A stretch of 64,000 nucleotides of DNA, from assembly GCA_012518435.1 (NCBI GenBank), contig JAAYSG010000037.1, positions 14,895 to 78,894 on the forward strand. The letters run 5' to 3'. Source of the stretch: Bacillota bacterium. GTDB lineage: Bacteria > Bacillota > DTU030. The notes under the pieces are model-generated. The model searched no databases. It saw only the letters and a program-made list of their open reading frames with translations, and had not been told where the DNA came from. This document shows positions 10,640-20,223 of the stretch, piece after piece. Positions within the stretch are counted from its first letter, which is position 1, and every line of letters begins with the position of its first letter. The position numbers and the translations under genes were made by a program.

Positions 10640-12563
10640 GACCCATCCCTTGTCCCGATAAATTTCGCAGCCGCTGTGGATGTTTCAACAATCTCCCAAC
10701 GGCCGCCACAATCCCGGCCGCTGTCAATTCATTTTCCGCCAAGAGGTAATCCCGTGAACCCTGCTCAACAAATTCATCCCCATAGCCCAAGATCTCCACC
10801 CGGCAGTCCTGGACACCCTCCTTGGCCAACAATTCCAACACTGCACTGCCAAAACCGCCCTGACGGGCATGGTCTTCCACAGTTACTATTTTCTTAACAC
10901 TGCGGGCCTGCTGCAAAATAAGCTCCTTGTCCAGGGGCTTGACAAAGCGGGCGTTTATAACCGCCACAGCAAGGCCAGTTGTGGCCAACATTTCCGCCGC
11001 CTCCAAGGCCCGACCCACCATGGGCCCCAGGGCCAAAATAGCAGCGTCCGAACCCTCCCTGAGGAGCTCTGCCCTGCCAATGGGCAAGGGAAGGGGGTTT
11101 TTCACAAGTTGGGCCCCCTCCCCCGCACCCCGGGGATAGCGAAGGGCAATGGGTCCGGAAGAATGGCGAAGGGCAGTCACCAGCATCCGCTGGAGCTCCG
11201 CCTCATCCTTGGGTGCCATCAAGGTCATACCCGGTATGTGGCGAAGAAAGGCCAGGTCAAAGACCCCATGGTGGGTGGGTCCATCCTCCCCCACAACCCC
11301 ACCCCGGTCAATGGCAAAAATAACGGGCAAACCCGGAAGGCAGACATCGTGGACAATCTGATCATAGGCCCGCTGCAAAAACGTTGAATAGATGGCAACA
11401 ACGGGTCGTAAACCCGCCGTCGCCAGCCCCGCAGCCAGGGAAACAGCATGCTGTTCCGCAATGCCCACATCGAAAAAACGCCGGGGAAACCTTTTCGCCA
11501 GCATATCCAATCCCGTCCCGGCGGGCATGGCCGCCGTAATACCAACAATATCCGCCTCTTCCTCCGATAATTGCACCAAGGTCTCGCCGAAGACCTGGGT
11601 ATAGGAAGGTGGAACACCCGCCTTCTTTTTTGCCCTTCCCGATACGGGGTCAAAGGCCCCAATACCATGAAAACGATGGGGCTGGTCCTCCGCCGGGGGG
11701 TATCCTTTGCCCTTCGTTGTCACAACATGAAGGAGCACCGGCCCTTTAACCTTACGGGCATTGACAAGGGCCCCCTTTAGTTGGGGAAGGTCATGCCCAT
11801 CTATGGGACCCAAGTATGTAAAACCCAACTCCTCAAAGAGGACACCCCTCACCAGCAAATATTTAAGGCTGTCCTTTAACCTTTCCACGGACTTGACAAC
11901 CTGCCCCCCAATGGCCGGTATTTTCCGCAATATAAATTCAATATCGGCCTTAATTTTTCCATAGGCGGGATCGGTACGCAACCGGCCCAAGTATGATGAC
12001 AAGGCCCCTACATTGGGGGCAATGGACATCTCATTATCATTTAATATCACAAGTAAATTTGTACCCAAATGGCCGGCATTGTTAAGTCCCTCCCAGGCCA
12101 TTCCCGCCGTCAAGGCCCCATCACCAATAACGGCACAGACACTATAGTCCTCACCCTTTAAATCCCGGGCCAGGGCTAGGCCCAAGGCAGAAGAAATAGA
12201 CGTACTGGTATGACCCGTCCCAATCACATCATGGGGGCTTTCCTCTGGTTTGGGAAAACCGCTGAGGCCACCGGCAGTGCGGATTGTCCGAAACTCCTTT
12301 CGCCGACCTGTCAGTAATTTATGGACATAGCTCTGGTGCCCCACATCCCAAACAATTTTGTCCCGGGGACTGCACAGTACACTATGAAGGGCCAGGGTTA
12401 ATTCAACCACACCCAAGTTGGGGGCCAGATGCCCCCCATTGCGGGATACAGTTTCCACTATTTCCTTCCTTATTTCCCCGGCCAGCTGGACTAATTCAGA
12501 ACAAGTAAGCCCCTGGAGATCCCTAGGACTGTTGATTCGTTCCAACCATTGTCCCAATTTCAT
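10632..12563 (-). CDS. dxs: 1-deoxy-D-xylulose-5-phosphate synthase
   Basis: 643 aa. TPP-binding motif ([18 protein letters not shown]), a transketolase-like fold and a conserved N-terminus. Confidence 0.95.
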   Translation of the reverse strand: MKLGQWLERINSPRDLQGLTCSELVQLAGEIRKEIVETVSRNGGHLAPNLGVVELTLALHSVLCSPRDKIVWDVGHQSYVHKLLTGRRKEFRTIRTAGGLSGFPKPEESPHDVIGTGHTSTSISSALGLALARDLKGEDYSVCAVIGDGALTAGMAWEGLNNAGHLGTNLLVILNDNEMSIAPNVGALSSYLGRLRTDPAYGKIKADIEFILRKIPAIGGQVVKSVERLKDSLKYLLVRGVLFEELGFTYLGPIDGHDLPQLKGALVNARKVKGPVLLHVVTTKGKGYPPAEDQPHRFHGIGAFDPVSGRAKKKAGVPPSYTQVFGETLVQLSEEEADIVGITAAMPAGTGLDMLAKRFPRRFFDVGIAEQHAVSLAAGLATAGLRPVVAIYSTFLQRAYDQIVHDVCLPGLPVIFAIDRGGVVGEDGPTHHGVFDLAFLRHIPGMTLMAPKDEAELQRMLVTALRHSSGPIALRYPRGAGEGAQLVKNPLPLPIGRAELLREGSDAAILALGPMVGRALEAAEMLATTGLAVAVINARFVKPLDKELILQQARSVKKIVTVEDHARQGGFGSAVLELLAKEGVQDCRVEILGYGDEFVEQGSRDYLLAENELTAAGIVAAVGRLLKHPQRLRNLSGQGMGHV

Positions 12564-12564
12564 T

Positions 12565-13179
12565 TCACCTCCGCCGCATCCTTCCCTTTTCCGCCAGAAT
12601 TTGTAAACCCAGCTTCAATTCAAGCCATGCCAAAAGGCAGCCAACCCGATGGGTTATTTCTTGGCAACGATGGAGGGCAAAATACTTGCCCGCAGCCTTT
12701 CCACCCACCGTAAAGGCAGCAACCAAGGCCACAATAAGAAGGGAAGCCACCGCCTGCTTGGCCACCAAACCCAAAAGAAAAAGATTAAAGACAATACTGG
12801 CAGCAGCCGCCCCACTCACCGTACCGCAAATGTCGCCCACCACATCGTTGCAAAAACTGCTAACCCGATCGGCATGGCGGATTAGGCGAATGGCCTGGAC
12901 TGAACCAAATACCTTTTTGGCCGCCATGGAATGAAAGGAGGATTCACCAGTGGCGGTAACGGCTATACCAATTATATCAAAAACTATCCCGGTAAATATA
13001 ATCAAGAACAAGATCGATACAGCGGCAACTAAACCAAATAGGGTTAGGATAGAATTAGCCATCAGTGTCAGCACTATTGACAAAATAAAGGTTACCAAGC
13101 CCATATAAAGGCCCTGACGCAGGGGACCTCTATCCTTATTTAGCCTATTTTTTCCCCCAGAAGCCAAATTCTCCCCCAC
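12565..13179 (-). CDS. oapA: Small four-transmembrane membrane protein, OapA-like (OLE-associated protein A)
   Basis: About 180-200 aa with four predicted transmembrane helices. It is directly upstream of dxs with a 1-nt gap and directly downstream of a long structured non-coding region and ispA, which is the arrangement of the described ole-oapA locus. Confidence 0.5.
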   Translation of the reverse strand: MGENLASGGKNRLNKDRGPLRQGLYMGLVTFILSIVLTLMANSILTLFGLVAAVSILFLIIFTGIVFDIIGIAVTATGESSFHSMAAKKVFGSVQAIRLIRHADRVSSFCNDVVGDICGTVSGAAAASIVFNLFLLGLVAKQAVASLLIVALVAAFTVGGKAAGKYFALHRCQEITHRVGCLLAWLELKLGLQILAEKGRMRRR

Positions 13180-13199
13180 CCAATCTTAAATATAGAATA

Positions 13200-13900
13200 A
13201 TAAAAGGGAAAGCCTTCCCCCTTGAAGTATCTTTCCCCATTCAGAACCATGTATGTTTAAGGAGGACAGGTGCTAGCAAGCCGGGTAAACATTGCGGCTT
13301 AAGGTCTAGTAGGTTTTCCCAGCAATGCACCAGGATGTCGCCATCCGGGCGGTTTCCCTTCACCGCATTACTCCATGCCGTCACCGGGCATAGGACTAGA
13401 TTACCACTTAGTCCACACTGCAATCCCCGACCCGCCCCAATTCCAAATTGGGCAGTCTAGGAGCTTTCCTCGACAGCCAACCACCCTTTAGCCTCTTTTG
13501 CAATAGGAGTTTCACAGTCAAATCCCGAATTATCCGGGCCCAAGGGAAAATCCGGTTACCACCTGTATCCGCCCCTACCACTCAAGGCAGGCTACACTGT
13601 ACACAGCTTCGCACCGCATACAGGTTCACCCCAAGCCGTAGCCCTTCAATGGACCACATACTTGGGTCTCCACGGAAGCAGGGTCAGGATCCACATGCCA
13701 TTGTGGACTGCCCTTGCCCCCTTAACCCCCAGCACCAGCCCCCGACTGGGCGTCAGCGGCCAGCACCAGGGACTTCATCGATGTGCCCTTAACGGATTTT
13801 TAGCCCCGCCTTCAAGGGTGCTTGCACTGACTAGAATACTGCACCACCTGTCCATTTTGCAATTATCAAGCAGGGGAAATTATATCATATCTTCAACAAC
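13200..13900 (-). ncRNA. ole: Candidate OLE (ornate large extremophilic) RNA
   Basis: A roughly 750-nt region between ispA and oapA with no plausible ORF; the three ORFs in the track overlap and have odd composition. It contains many GC-rich imperfect hairpins and sits in the diagnostic ispA-ole-oapA-dxs-tlyA context. Boundaries are approximate. Confidence 0.5.
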
Positions 13901-13928
13901 GGTGCAACCCACACAAATTCCCATGCTG

Positions 13929-14837
13929 TCAATTATCCCTCTCCAAGACATAGTCGATGAGCTGTCGTAGGGGTTGAGCCGAAGGACCAAAGCGTTTTAG
14001 GGCCTCAAGTGCCTTGTCCCTTCCCTCCCGTGCCGCCCCCCTGGATTCATCGAGGCCAAATAGGGCGGGATAAGTTGCCTTACCCCTTTTGGCATCTGTG
14101 CCTACGGGCTTACCCATTCTTTCATCATCCCCGACTACATCAAGGATATCATCGGTGATTTGAAATACCAGGCCAAACTCTTCAGCATATCTAGTGAGGG
14201 CAGCCAAATCGTCGGGTCCAGCGCCGGAGAGAAGGGCCCCCGTACGCACGGAAACCCGGAGCAAGGCCCCTGTTTTACTGCGATGGATGTAGCGCAGGGT
14301 AGCGGCATCAATGTTTTTTCCCTCGGAAATAATATCCACCGTCTGCCCCCCCACCATTCCCCCGGGGCCAGCCGCCGCAGCTACCTCCCCTATAACCTGG
14401 CGCAATAGGGCATCACGGTTAGGGGGAAGATCGCAGTGGGCCAAAATCTCAAAAGCCTTGGTCAATAAGGCGTCACCGGCCAGGATGGCCACGGCCTCGC
14501 CATAAACCTTATGATTGGCCAGCCGCCCCCGGCGAAAATCGTCATCATCCATGGCCGGTAAATCATCATGGATAAGGGAATAGGTGTGGATAAGTTCAAT
14601 GGCACAGGCCGCTTCCAAAACATCCTCATCCCTTCCCCCCACCGTCTCCGCAGCCGCCAGGACCAAAATCGGCCGCAGCCTCTTCCCCCCAGCAAAGATA
14701 CTATAGCCCATGGCCTCATGTAATTGGGGGGGGACATCCTCGGCCGGCGCAAGCAGGTTTTTTAAGGTCTCGTCTATCTTCTTCGCCTTTTCCCTTATAT
14801 ATTGCCCCAATCCCATTATCCTTCCTCCCCCTCCCAA
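13929..14837 (-). CDS. ispA: Farnesyl diphosphate synthase (geranyltranstransferase)
   Basis: Two aspartate-rich motifs (LIHDDLPAMDDDD and FQITDDILD). Confidence 0.9.
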   Translation of the reverse strand: MGGGGRIMGLGQYIREKAKKIDETLKNLLAPAEDVPPQLHEAMGYSIFAGGKRLRPILVLAAAETVGGRDEDVLEAACAIELIHTYSLIHDDLPAMDDDDFRRGRLANHKVYGEAVAILAGDALLTKAFEILAHCDLPPNRDALLRQVIGEVAAAAGPGGMVGGQTVDIISEGKNIDAATLRYIHRSKTGALLRVSVRTGALLSGAGPDDLAALTRYAEEFGLVFQITDDILDVVGDDERMGKPVGTDAKRGKATYPALFGLDESRGAAREGRDKALEALKRFGPSAQPLRQLIDYVLERDN

Positions 14838-15043
14838 GTTTGTAATTGGAAGGAGTCATCCTCCAGCAGAAGTAATTTTATTTTACCCTCGGCCTCCTCC
14901 AGCTTTTCGTTGCAGGTGCGGGTAAGGCGAATTCCTTCTTCAAAAAGGGCCAATGCCTGTTCCAATGTTAAATCCCCCCGTTCCAGCAGCTGCACAATCT
15001 CCTCCAGGCGGGTTAACCCAGCGGCGAAGGTTTTTTCACTCAT
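14816..15043 (-). CDS. xseB: Exodeoxyribonuclease VII small subunit
   Basis: 75-aa helical protein (FEEGIRLTRTCNEKLEEAE) immediately downstream of xseA. Confidence 0.85.
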   Translation of the reverse strand: MSEKTFAAGLTRLEEIVQLLERGDLTLEQALALFEEGIRLTRTCNEKLEEAEGKIKLLLLEDDSFQLQTWEGEEG

Positions 15044-16253
15044 TGCCTTCTTCCCCCTTTACTTCATCAACCCTACACCCCAACTCTCCCCGGGCCAACT
15101 TTATTCTCAGCCGGGAGCCCACACTAACCCCTTGGGCCTCTCGAACAATATCACCATCCTCTGCAAAAACAACACTGTAACCCCTTTCCAAGACCCGTAA
15201 GGGGCTGAGGGAATTTAACTTGCCCCCCAATAGGGAAAGGGAGGTGCGCCAGGCCTCTGAATGACCGGCCATAACATGTTCCAACCGCTGTAGGTATCCA
15301 TCCATTAGCTGGCGCTGCTGGTTAAAAAACCCCTCGGGGTCGGCAAAGGGACGCCGCGTTGTCAGTTCCCGCACCGTCCGGCGCCCCCCTTCTATAATTT
15401 TTTTAATCCCCTGCAGGGCCCGCATCCTCAGCACCCGGAGGTTGTACTGTAATTCCTCCCGGGAGGGGACCGCCAATTCCGCCGCTGCCGATGGGGTAGG
15501 TGCCCGCATATCCGCGGCAAAATCCACCAGTGTATAATCGGTTTCATGGCCCACGGCGGCAATAACGGCCACCGGGCAAGCCACAATGGCCCGCACCAGG
15601 GCCTCATCATTAAAGGCCCACAGATCCTCCCAGGAGCCCCCTCCCCTCCCCAGAATAATCACATCCACCCCGGGTACCCGGGCTAGGGCGGCCAGGGAGG
15701 CCACCATTTGGGGGGCAGCCCTTTCGCCCTGCACCAACACCGGGGCCACAACCAGATCAATATTGGGAAAACGCCGCCGAGACACCGTAACAATATCCCG
15801 GATGGCCGCCCCAGTCCTGGAGGTAATTACCCCCACCTTGCGGGGAAGCAGTGGAAGTTCCTTTTTGCCTTCCTTTGCGAATAAACCCTCTTTTTCCAAA
15901 CGGTCCTTCAGTTCCAAAAAGGCCAGATGCAAAGAACCCAAACCCGCCGGTTCCATGGCCCGAACATAGAGTTGATAAACCCCACTCTTGCCATAGACCC
16001 CAATGGATCCTAGGGCTATAACTTGCCTACCATCCCCAGGGGAGAATTTTAATTTGCCACTATAACTGCGAAACATGACACACCGGAGGGTAGAGTTTTC
16101 ATCCCTAAGGGTAAAATACATGTGCCCCGAGCTGTGGTGTTTAAAATTCGAAATTTCCCCCCGCACACCCAAGTGAAGGAGAAAATCATCCCCCTCCAGT
16201 TTTTCCTTTACATATTGTGTTACCTCACTCACCTGGAGTATCTTGGGCTGCAT
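15036..16253 (-). CDS. xseA: Exodeoxyribonuclease VII large subunit
   Basis: N-terminal OB fold plus the ExoVII-large catalytic domain. The 4-codon overlap with xseB suggests translational coupling. Confidence 0.9.
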   Translation of the reverse strand: MQPKILQVSEVTQYVKEKLEGDDFLLHLGVRGEISNFKHHSSGHMYFTLRDENSTLRCVMFRSYSGKLKFSPGDGRQVIALGSIGVYGKSGVYQLYVRAMEPAGLGSLHLAFLELKDRLEKEGLFAKEGKKELPLLPRKVGVITSRTGAAIRDIVTVSRRRFPNIDLVVAPVLVQGERAAPQMVASLAALARVPGVDVIILGRGGGSWEDLWAFNDEALVRAIVACPVAVIAAVGHETDYTLVDFAADMRAPTPSAAAELAVPSREELQYNLRVLRMRALQGIKKIIEGGRRTVRELTTRRPFADPEGFFNQQRQLMDGYLQRLEHVMAGHSEAWRTSLSLLGGKLNSLSPLRVLERGYSVVFAEDGDIVREAQGVSVGSRLRIKLARGELGCRVDEVKGEEGNE

Positions 16254-16284
16254 TTCTTCCTCAACCCCTCCCGGACCATAGATA

Positions 16285-16322
16285 CAATAAATCCGGATTC
16301 CCCTCCGGGTCCGGATAAAAAT
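16285..16322 (-). terminator. Candidate terminator downstream of nusB
   Basis: On the minus strand, AUCCGGA-(12 nt)-UCCGGAU forms a 7-bp stem followed by UUAUUGUAU. Confidence 0.3.
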
Positions 16323-16412
16323 TCTTTGCTAGTAGATATTCTCAGTCTGCCATCTTATTTCCTGCCGCCAACTAGTAAAATCTTCCCCAGCAGCCTATAT
16401 TTTTGCAAACCA

Positions 16413-16907
16413 TTAGTCATCCCCTGAACCAGAACGATTCAATACTTGGCTAATTCCCCCCAAAATACCATTTACAAAACGGCTGGAGTCCGTACTACTA
16501 TACTTCTTGCACAACTCCACAGCCTCATTGATGGAAACACTGACAGGTATGTCCTCCCGATAGAGCATTTCATAAACCGCCAACCGCAGGATAGCCCTAT
16601 CAACCCGAGAAAGACGCTCCAAAGACCAAGCAACAGCAAATTCCCCAATGAGCTCGTCAATGCGCCCCTGGCTCTCCCACATCCCCCAAAGCAACTGCCG
16701 CACAAATTCCCGCCCACCGGCATTTAGGGGATTATCAGCCACCACACTCTCAAAGGCCTCCATTGGCGTCGCCTTGCCCACATCCAACTGGTAAATAGCC
16801 TTCAAAGCCTGCTCCCTTGCCGCCCTTCGCCCCAAGCCGCCCGTCTCCTTTCGCCAAGGCCCTGTTAGCGCCGGAATGATAGAAGGCGTTTTAGGGCTTC
16901 GCCCCAT
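16413..16907 (-). CDS. nusB: Transcription antitermination factor NusB
   Basis: The RRAAREQALKAIYQLDV... region matches the NusB helical core. The real start is probably a non-ATG codon inside the listed ORF. Confidence 0.85.
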   Translation of the reverse strand: MGRSPKTPSIIPALTGPWRKETGGLGRRAAREQALKAIYQLDVGKATPMEAFESVVADNPLNAGGREFVRQLLWGMWESQGRIDELIGEFAVAWSLERLSRVDRAILRLAVYEMLYREDIPVSVSINEAVELCKKYSSTDSSRFVNGILGGISQVLNRSGSGDD

Positions 16908-17137
16908 TCGCCCTCCTCATCGATATTTTTCCCGATGAGATAACCCAAAAGGACACAAATACAAAGAAGTAGGGTTGCCGCCAGCCCCCGGGTTATCAGA
17001 AGCCAACCCAAGAAAAAACCACCCAGGCCACACAATATTTTGCCCTTGTGGGCCAGAAAAATTGCTAGTATCTCTGCCAACATTCTCCCACCCCTTTTTG
17101 GCCGTCCGCCACAGGGCCCTTTACTGGATTTTCGCAC
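16865..17137 (-). CDS. DUF2273 small integral membrane protein
   Basis: About 70 aa with two transmembrane helices, downstream of amaP and asp23 as in the staphylococcal and Bacillus asp23 operons. Likely start is MLAEIL near 17083. Confidence 0.5.
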   Translation of the reverse strand: MRKSSKGPCGGRPKRGGRMLAEILAIFLAHKGKILCGLGGFFLGWLLITRGLAATLLLCICVLLGYLIGKNIDEEGEWGEALKRLLSFRR

Positions 17138-17660
17138 TACCGGCTTCCTCTGCTATATTTTCGATAAAGACCTCAACCTCTTCCAGATCAATACCCATGA
17201 TTTCCTTGACGCGCGCACCTACCACCTCTTGTATTTCCCGCGAAATCGCGGGAATATTATTCTTGGGGCTGACAACAGCCCTCAGCCTGACCTTTACCCC
17301 CCCTGGAAGGGGAAATACCTTCGTACTGGTTTCCCTAACCTCCTTAACTTCCCGCACAGATTTTTTTATTAGATTTTCCAGGGCAGCAAAGGATATTTTA
17401 ATTTCGCCCATTTCATTTCTGGATACAATACTCCTTGCTGCCCGACCCCTTGGGCCCAGGGCAATAAATAAGAGGCGAATGCAGGATAGAAGAAAAAACA
17501 GGGCAACAATTCCAGCATCCAACCTACCATAAAGGTGAGAAATGCTTGTCCCCAGAAAATCAAGGGAAATAAGGCCCAATGCCAAAAGTAGTGTGCCCAG
17601 GGAAATTAACAATAGGGTGATCATGCTGATAAAAAGAAGGATGCGATCAAAAAAGCCCAT
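17121..17660 (-). CDS. amaP: Asp23 membrane-anchoring protein AmaP-like
   Basis: N-terminal transmembrane helices and an Asp23-like C-terminal segment, directly downstream of asp23. Confidence 0.5.
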   Translation of the reverse strand: MGFFDRILLFISMITLLLISLGTLLLALGLISLDFLGTSISHLYGRLDAGIVALFFLLSCIRLLFIALGPRGRAARSIVSRNEMGEIKISFAALENLIKKSVREVKEVRETSTKVFPLPGGVKVRLRAVVSPKNNIPAISREIQEVVGARVKEIMGIDLEEVEVFIENIAEEAGSAKIQ

Positions 17661-17713
17661 TTCTTCCCAAACCCCTTTCCCGAAGCCCGCCTAAAGTACT
17701 TACCCAACCCCCC

Positions 17714-18172
17714 TTACTTTACCCGCACATCATCATCCTTTTCTTCCACAGCCATACTAACGCCCTGAATGTGGACATTAACCTCCACAACCTCCAGGCC
17801 GGTCATCGTTTCAACCTTCCTCTTAACATTTTCCTGCACCTTATAGGCAACATCTGGAATCCTAATCCCATACTCGGTAATGACGAATAGATCAACCGCC
17901 GCCTGCCGCTCCCCAACCTCGACCTTGACACCCTTGGTGAGGTTTTTGCGCCCCAGAAGTTCTGCAATACCGCCCGCAATGCCACCACTCATACCCGCCA
18001 ATCCTTCTACCTCTGTTGCAGCTAAACCCGCAATAACGGCTACCACTTCATCATCTATCTTGATTGTACCAATTCCATTTTCATTTTGAATCTGGCCGCC
18101 TGTTTCCAAAATGCCCACCTCCTGAGGTTTAGTAATAAGAAAATAACGTGTGGCAACTTCCAGCAACCACAA
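17714..18172 (-). CDS. asp23: Asp23/Gls24 family (alkaline shock protein)
   Basis: Asp23 signature IAGLAATEVEGLAGM..GGIAG. Confidence 0.8.
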   Translation of the reverse strand: MWLLEVATRYFLITKPQEVGILETGGQIQNENGIGTIKIDDEVVAVIAGLAATEVEGLAGMSGGIAGGIAELLGRKNLTKGVKVEVGERQAAVDLFVITEYGIRIPDVAYKVQENVKRKVETMTGLEVVEVNVHIQGVSMAVEEKDDDVRVK

Positions 18173-18239
18173 CTTGTTTTTTTATTATATCAGACTCCCC
18201 CGCCTAAAACAATTCTTCCCCAATACTTGTTTAGACATG

Positions 18240-18800
18240 TCAAGGATGATAATCAATGACAATATCCTCCAAAGAAACCGCACATAGGCCTGCAATGGCA
18301 TCACCTATCTGGGATACCTGCTCCAGCTCCAATTCCATCGCCTTGACCACCACATAAACCTGCTGGGGCCTGATAAATACCACAGCATCGGTAAAGCCCT
18401 TGGCCGTTAATAGGCCCTCCAACTCCACTTCCTTCTCCAAAGTGCTTGAAATTTGCAGGAGGGCTTCCTGGGCCTCCCGACGGCTATCTGCATCGGTATT
18501 GGGGTTTTGGACAATTTCCCACAGCATTTCTGCTTGCTGTCCCCGGGCCCGCTCCCTTTTTAGGCGATATTCCAGGAAATAATCCTCTGCCGCCATTACT
18601 GTTAACTCCGGCTGGGGGAGAAGGGGTATAGACTCCGCTGCTGTTTCCACCGTGTTTTCTTCCTCAGCCTGCTCCAGTTCCTGCAGGGCAATTGGTGGGT
18701 ATGTATGCCCTTCATTCATATACACAACAAATACCACCATTGCCAAGCAAAAAACCAGCCACAGCCACTCCCGACGTAAAATAACCATCATATGCCCCAC
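18240..18800 (-). CDS. spoIIIAH: Stage III sporulation protein AH
   Basis: Last gene of a collinear spoIIIA operon. N-terminal transmembrane helix plus a YscJ/FliF-like C-terminal domain. Confidence 0.75.
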   Translation of the reverse strand: MGHMMVILRREWLWLVFCLAMVVFVVYMNEGHTYPPIALQELEQAEEENTVETAAESIPLLPQPELTVMAAEDYFLEYRLKRERARGQQAEMLWEIVQNPNTDADSRREAQEALLQISSTLEKEVELEGLLTAKGFTDAVVFIRPQQVYVVVKAMELELEQVSQIGDAIAGLCAVSLEDIVIDYHP

Positions 18801-19520
18801 CTACCTTTCCTTGGGAAGTACCAGCACTTGGTGACTCCCAACCCCCAGCACCACCTGGGCGGCCCGGATTAACTCTGCCTTGACCCGGGGGTTCCCCGCC
18901 CCTTCTGCCACAATTAAAACCCCTTTAACCGGCGCCTGTAATTCCCTCTGCACTAGCCCTTCATCCCTAGTCCCCTGGGTGCTGGCAGCCATTACCAGTT
19001 GATTCTCCTCCCGCATTTCCTCTATTACCCTCTGGCCTCCACCGGTATCCTTTTCCTCAGTTATCCTGGATTCCACCCATTGATTCCGGGCGTAATCATA
19101 TTCTGGTCCACTCATGAGACTGACATAAAGCAAAACCTCGCCGGCACCCTCCACCTGTGTTAAAACTTGAGCCAAACGGCTTGACAGCTCCTCTTCATAT
19201 TCCCGCAGTGTCATGGGGCCTTCTTCCCCCAGGGGGTTATCAACCTTAATTGCCCCCTCCGGAATTAGGGAAGCCGGATCATCTGGCACTTTTTTCCCCC
19301 CTTGGCCAAAAAATCCCGCCGCCAGGAAAATCACCAGCCCCATAAGCCCCAGCACCACCAACCTTAGGGAAACACCCCTTTGGGACTTATCCCAAGATGC
19401 ACCCTTACCGGGAGCCGCCTCCCCCTTCGGGGGCCAAAATCCCAGACTCCTTTTTAAGTTGGTTAACAAGCCCATTATCCCGCCTCCTTTCCCTAATATA
19501 TATCCCCCCAAAAGCACCAT
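18801..19520 (-). CDS. spoIIIAG: Stage III sporulation protein AG
   Basis: Position in the operon, an N-terminal transmembrane helix and a conserved C-terminal beta-rich domain. Confidence 0.75.
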   Translation of the reverse strand: MVLLGGYILGKGGGIMGLLTNLKRSLGFWPPKGEAAPGKGASWDKSQRGVSLRLVVLGLMGLVIFLAAGFFGQGGKKVPDDPASLIPEGAIKVDNPLGEEGPMTLREYEEELSSRLAQVLTQVEGAGEVLLYVSLMSGPEYDYARNQWVESRITEEKDTGGGQRVIEEMREENQLVMAASTQGTRDEGLVQRELQAPVKGVLIVAEGAGNPRVKAELIRAAQVVLGVGSHQVLVLPKER

Positions 19521-19560
19521 CGGGGGGCTAGCATGGCCAATTTACCCCTTGGGTAGGTAT

Positions 19561-20214
19561 TTACCGGGCCTGATCCCCTTCAAGGGCGTAAATTGATACC
19601 CTTTGGGGATCAACGGTATAGAAAGCCGTCAGCACTGAAGTAATTTCCTCCCTCATTTCCCCCGGCACTTGGTACTCCCCGCCTGCATCGTCCCCTCCCC
19701 CTTCACAATCAGCACCACCGATCCTAACCTTTATTTCTTCCACCACTTTGTACTCTCCTTTGGGGTCCTTTTCCAGGCCCACCCAGACCTTAATCTTGCT
19801 AATCCCACCAAAATCCGGCTGTCCCCCCTTGGTTTCCAAGAAAACCTGGGCCCTGGCCTGGTTTACCCCCTCCAGGGAAAGAACCAAGGCCCTCACCTGT
19901 TCCTCCAGCCGCCGTTGGTAATGATGAATGACCTGGCCCTCAATTTTTTCCGCCAACAGCCTTCCCCCATCCCCGGTCCCCCCCTTCTCCCAGGTGCTGG
20001 CAGCCAACCCCAAATCCATGGGGTTAAGGGTTATATCCTGCTGGAATAGCAACAATAAGGGGTCCAGGAGGGCCATAATGATAAAAAGGCCAACAACCAC
20101 CTGGGCAAACTTGCGCATCTGGCCCAAGGGTAGCAGCATATCAACAAAACCCGCCAACACCACTATCAAAACCAACTGTCTAACATAATGGCGAAAAAAT
20201 CCCCACATGAACAT
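19561..20214 (-). CDS. spoIIIAF: Stage III sporulation protein AF
   Basis: Position in the operon and two N-terminal transmembrane helices. Confidence 0.7.
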   Translation of the reverse strand: MFMWGFFRHYVRQLVLIVVLAGFVDMLLPLGQMRKFAQVVVGLFIIMALLDPLLLLFQQDITLNPMDLGLAASTWEKGGTGDGGRLLAEKIEGQVIHHYQRRLEEQVRALVLSLEGVNQARAQVFLETKGGQPDFGGISKIKVWVGLEKDPKGEYKVVEEIKVRIGGADCEGGGDDAGGEYQVPGEMREEITSVLTAFYTVDPQRVSIYALEGDQAR

Positions 20215-20223
20215 CCCCCCAAT

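Noticed and set aside
13180-13928. Possible RNase P RNA, tmRNA or 6S RNA in the long non-coding region
   Set aside because: None of the universally conserved RNase P P4 or tmRNA tRNA-like terminal sequences could be found by eye on either strand. The region is also too long for 6S RNA. The genomic context fits OLE RNA much better.
13241-13970. Three ORFs from the track lying inside the ispA-oapA spacer
   Set aside because: They overlap each other on both strands, have Pro/Arg/Ser-rich low-complexity translations, no ribosome-binding sites and no homology. I treat them as artefacts of the GC-rich structured RNA.
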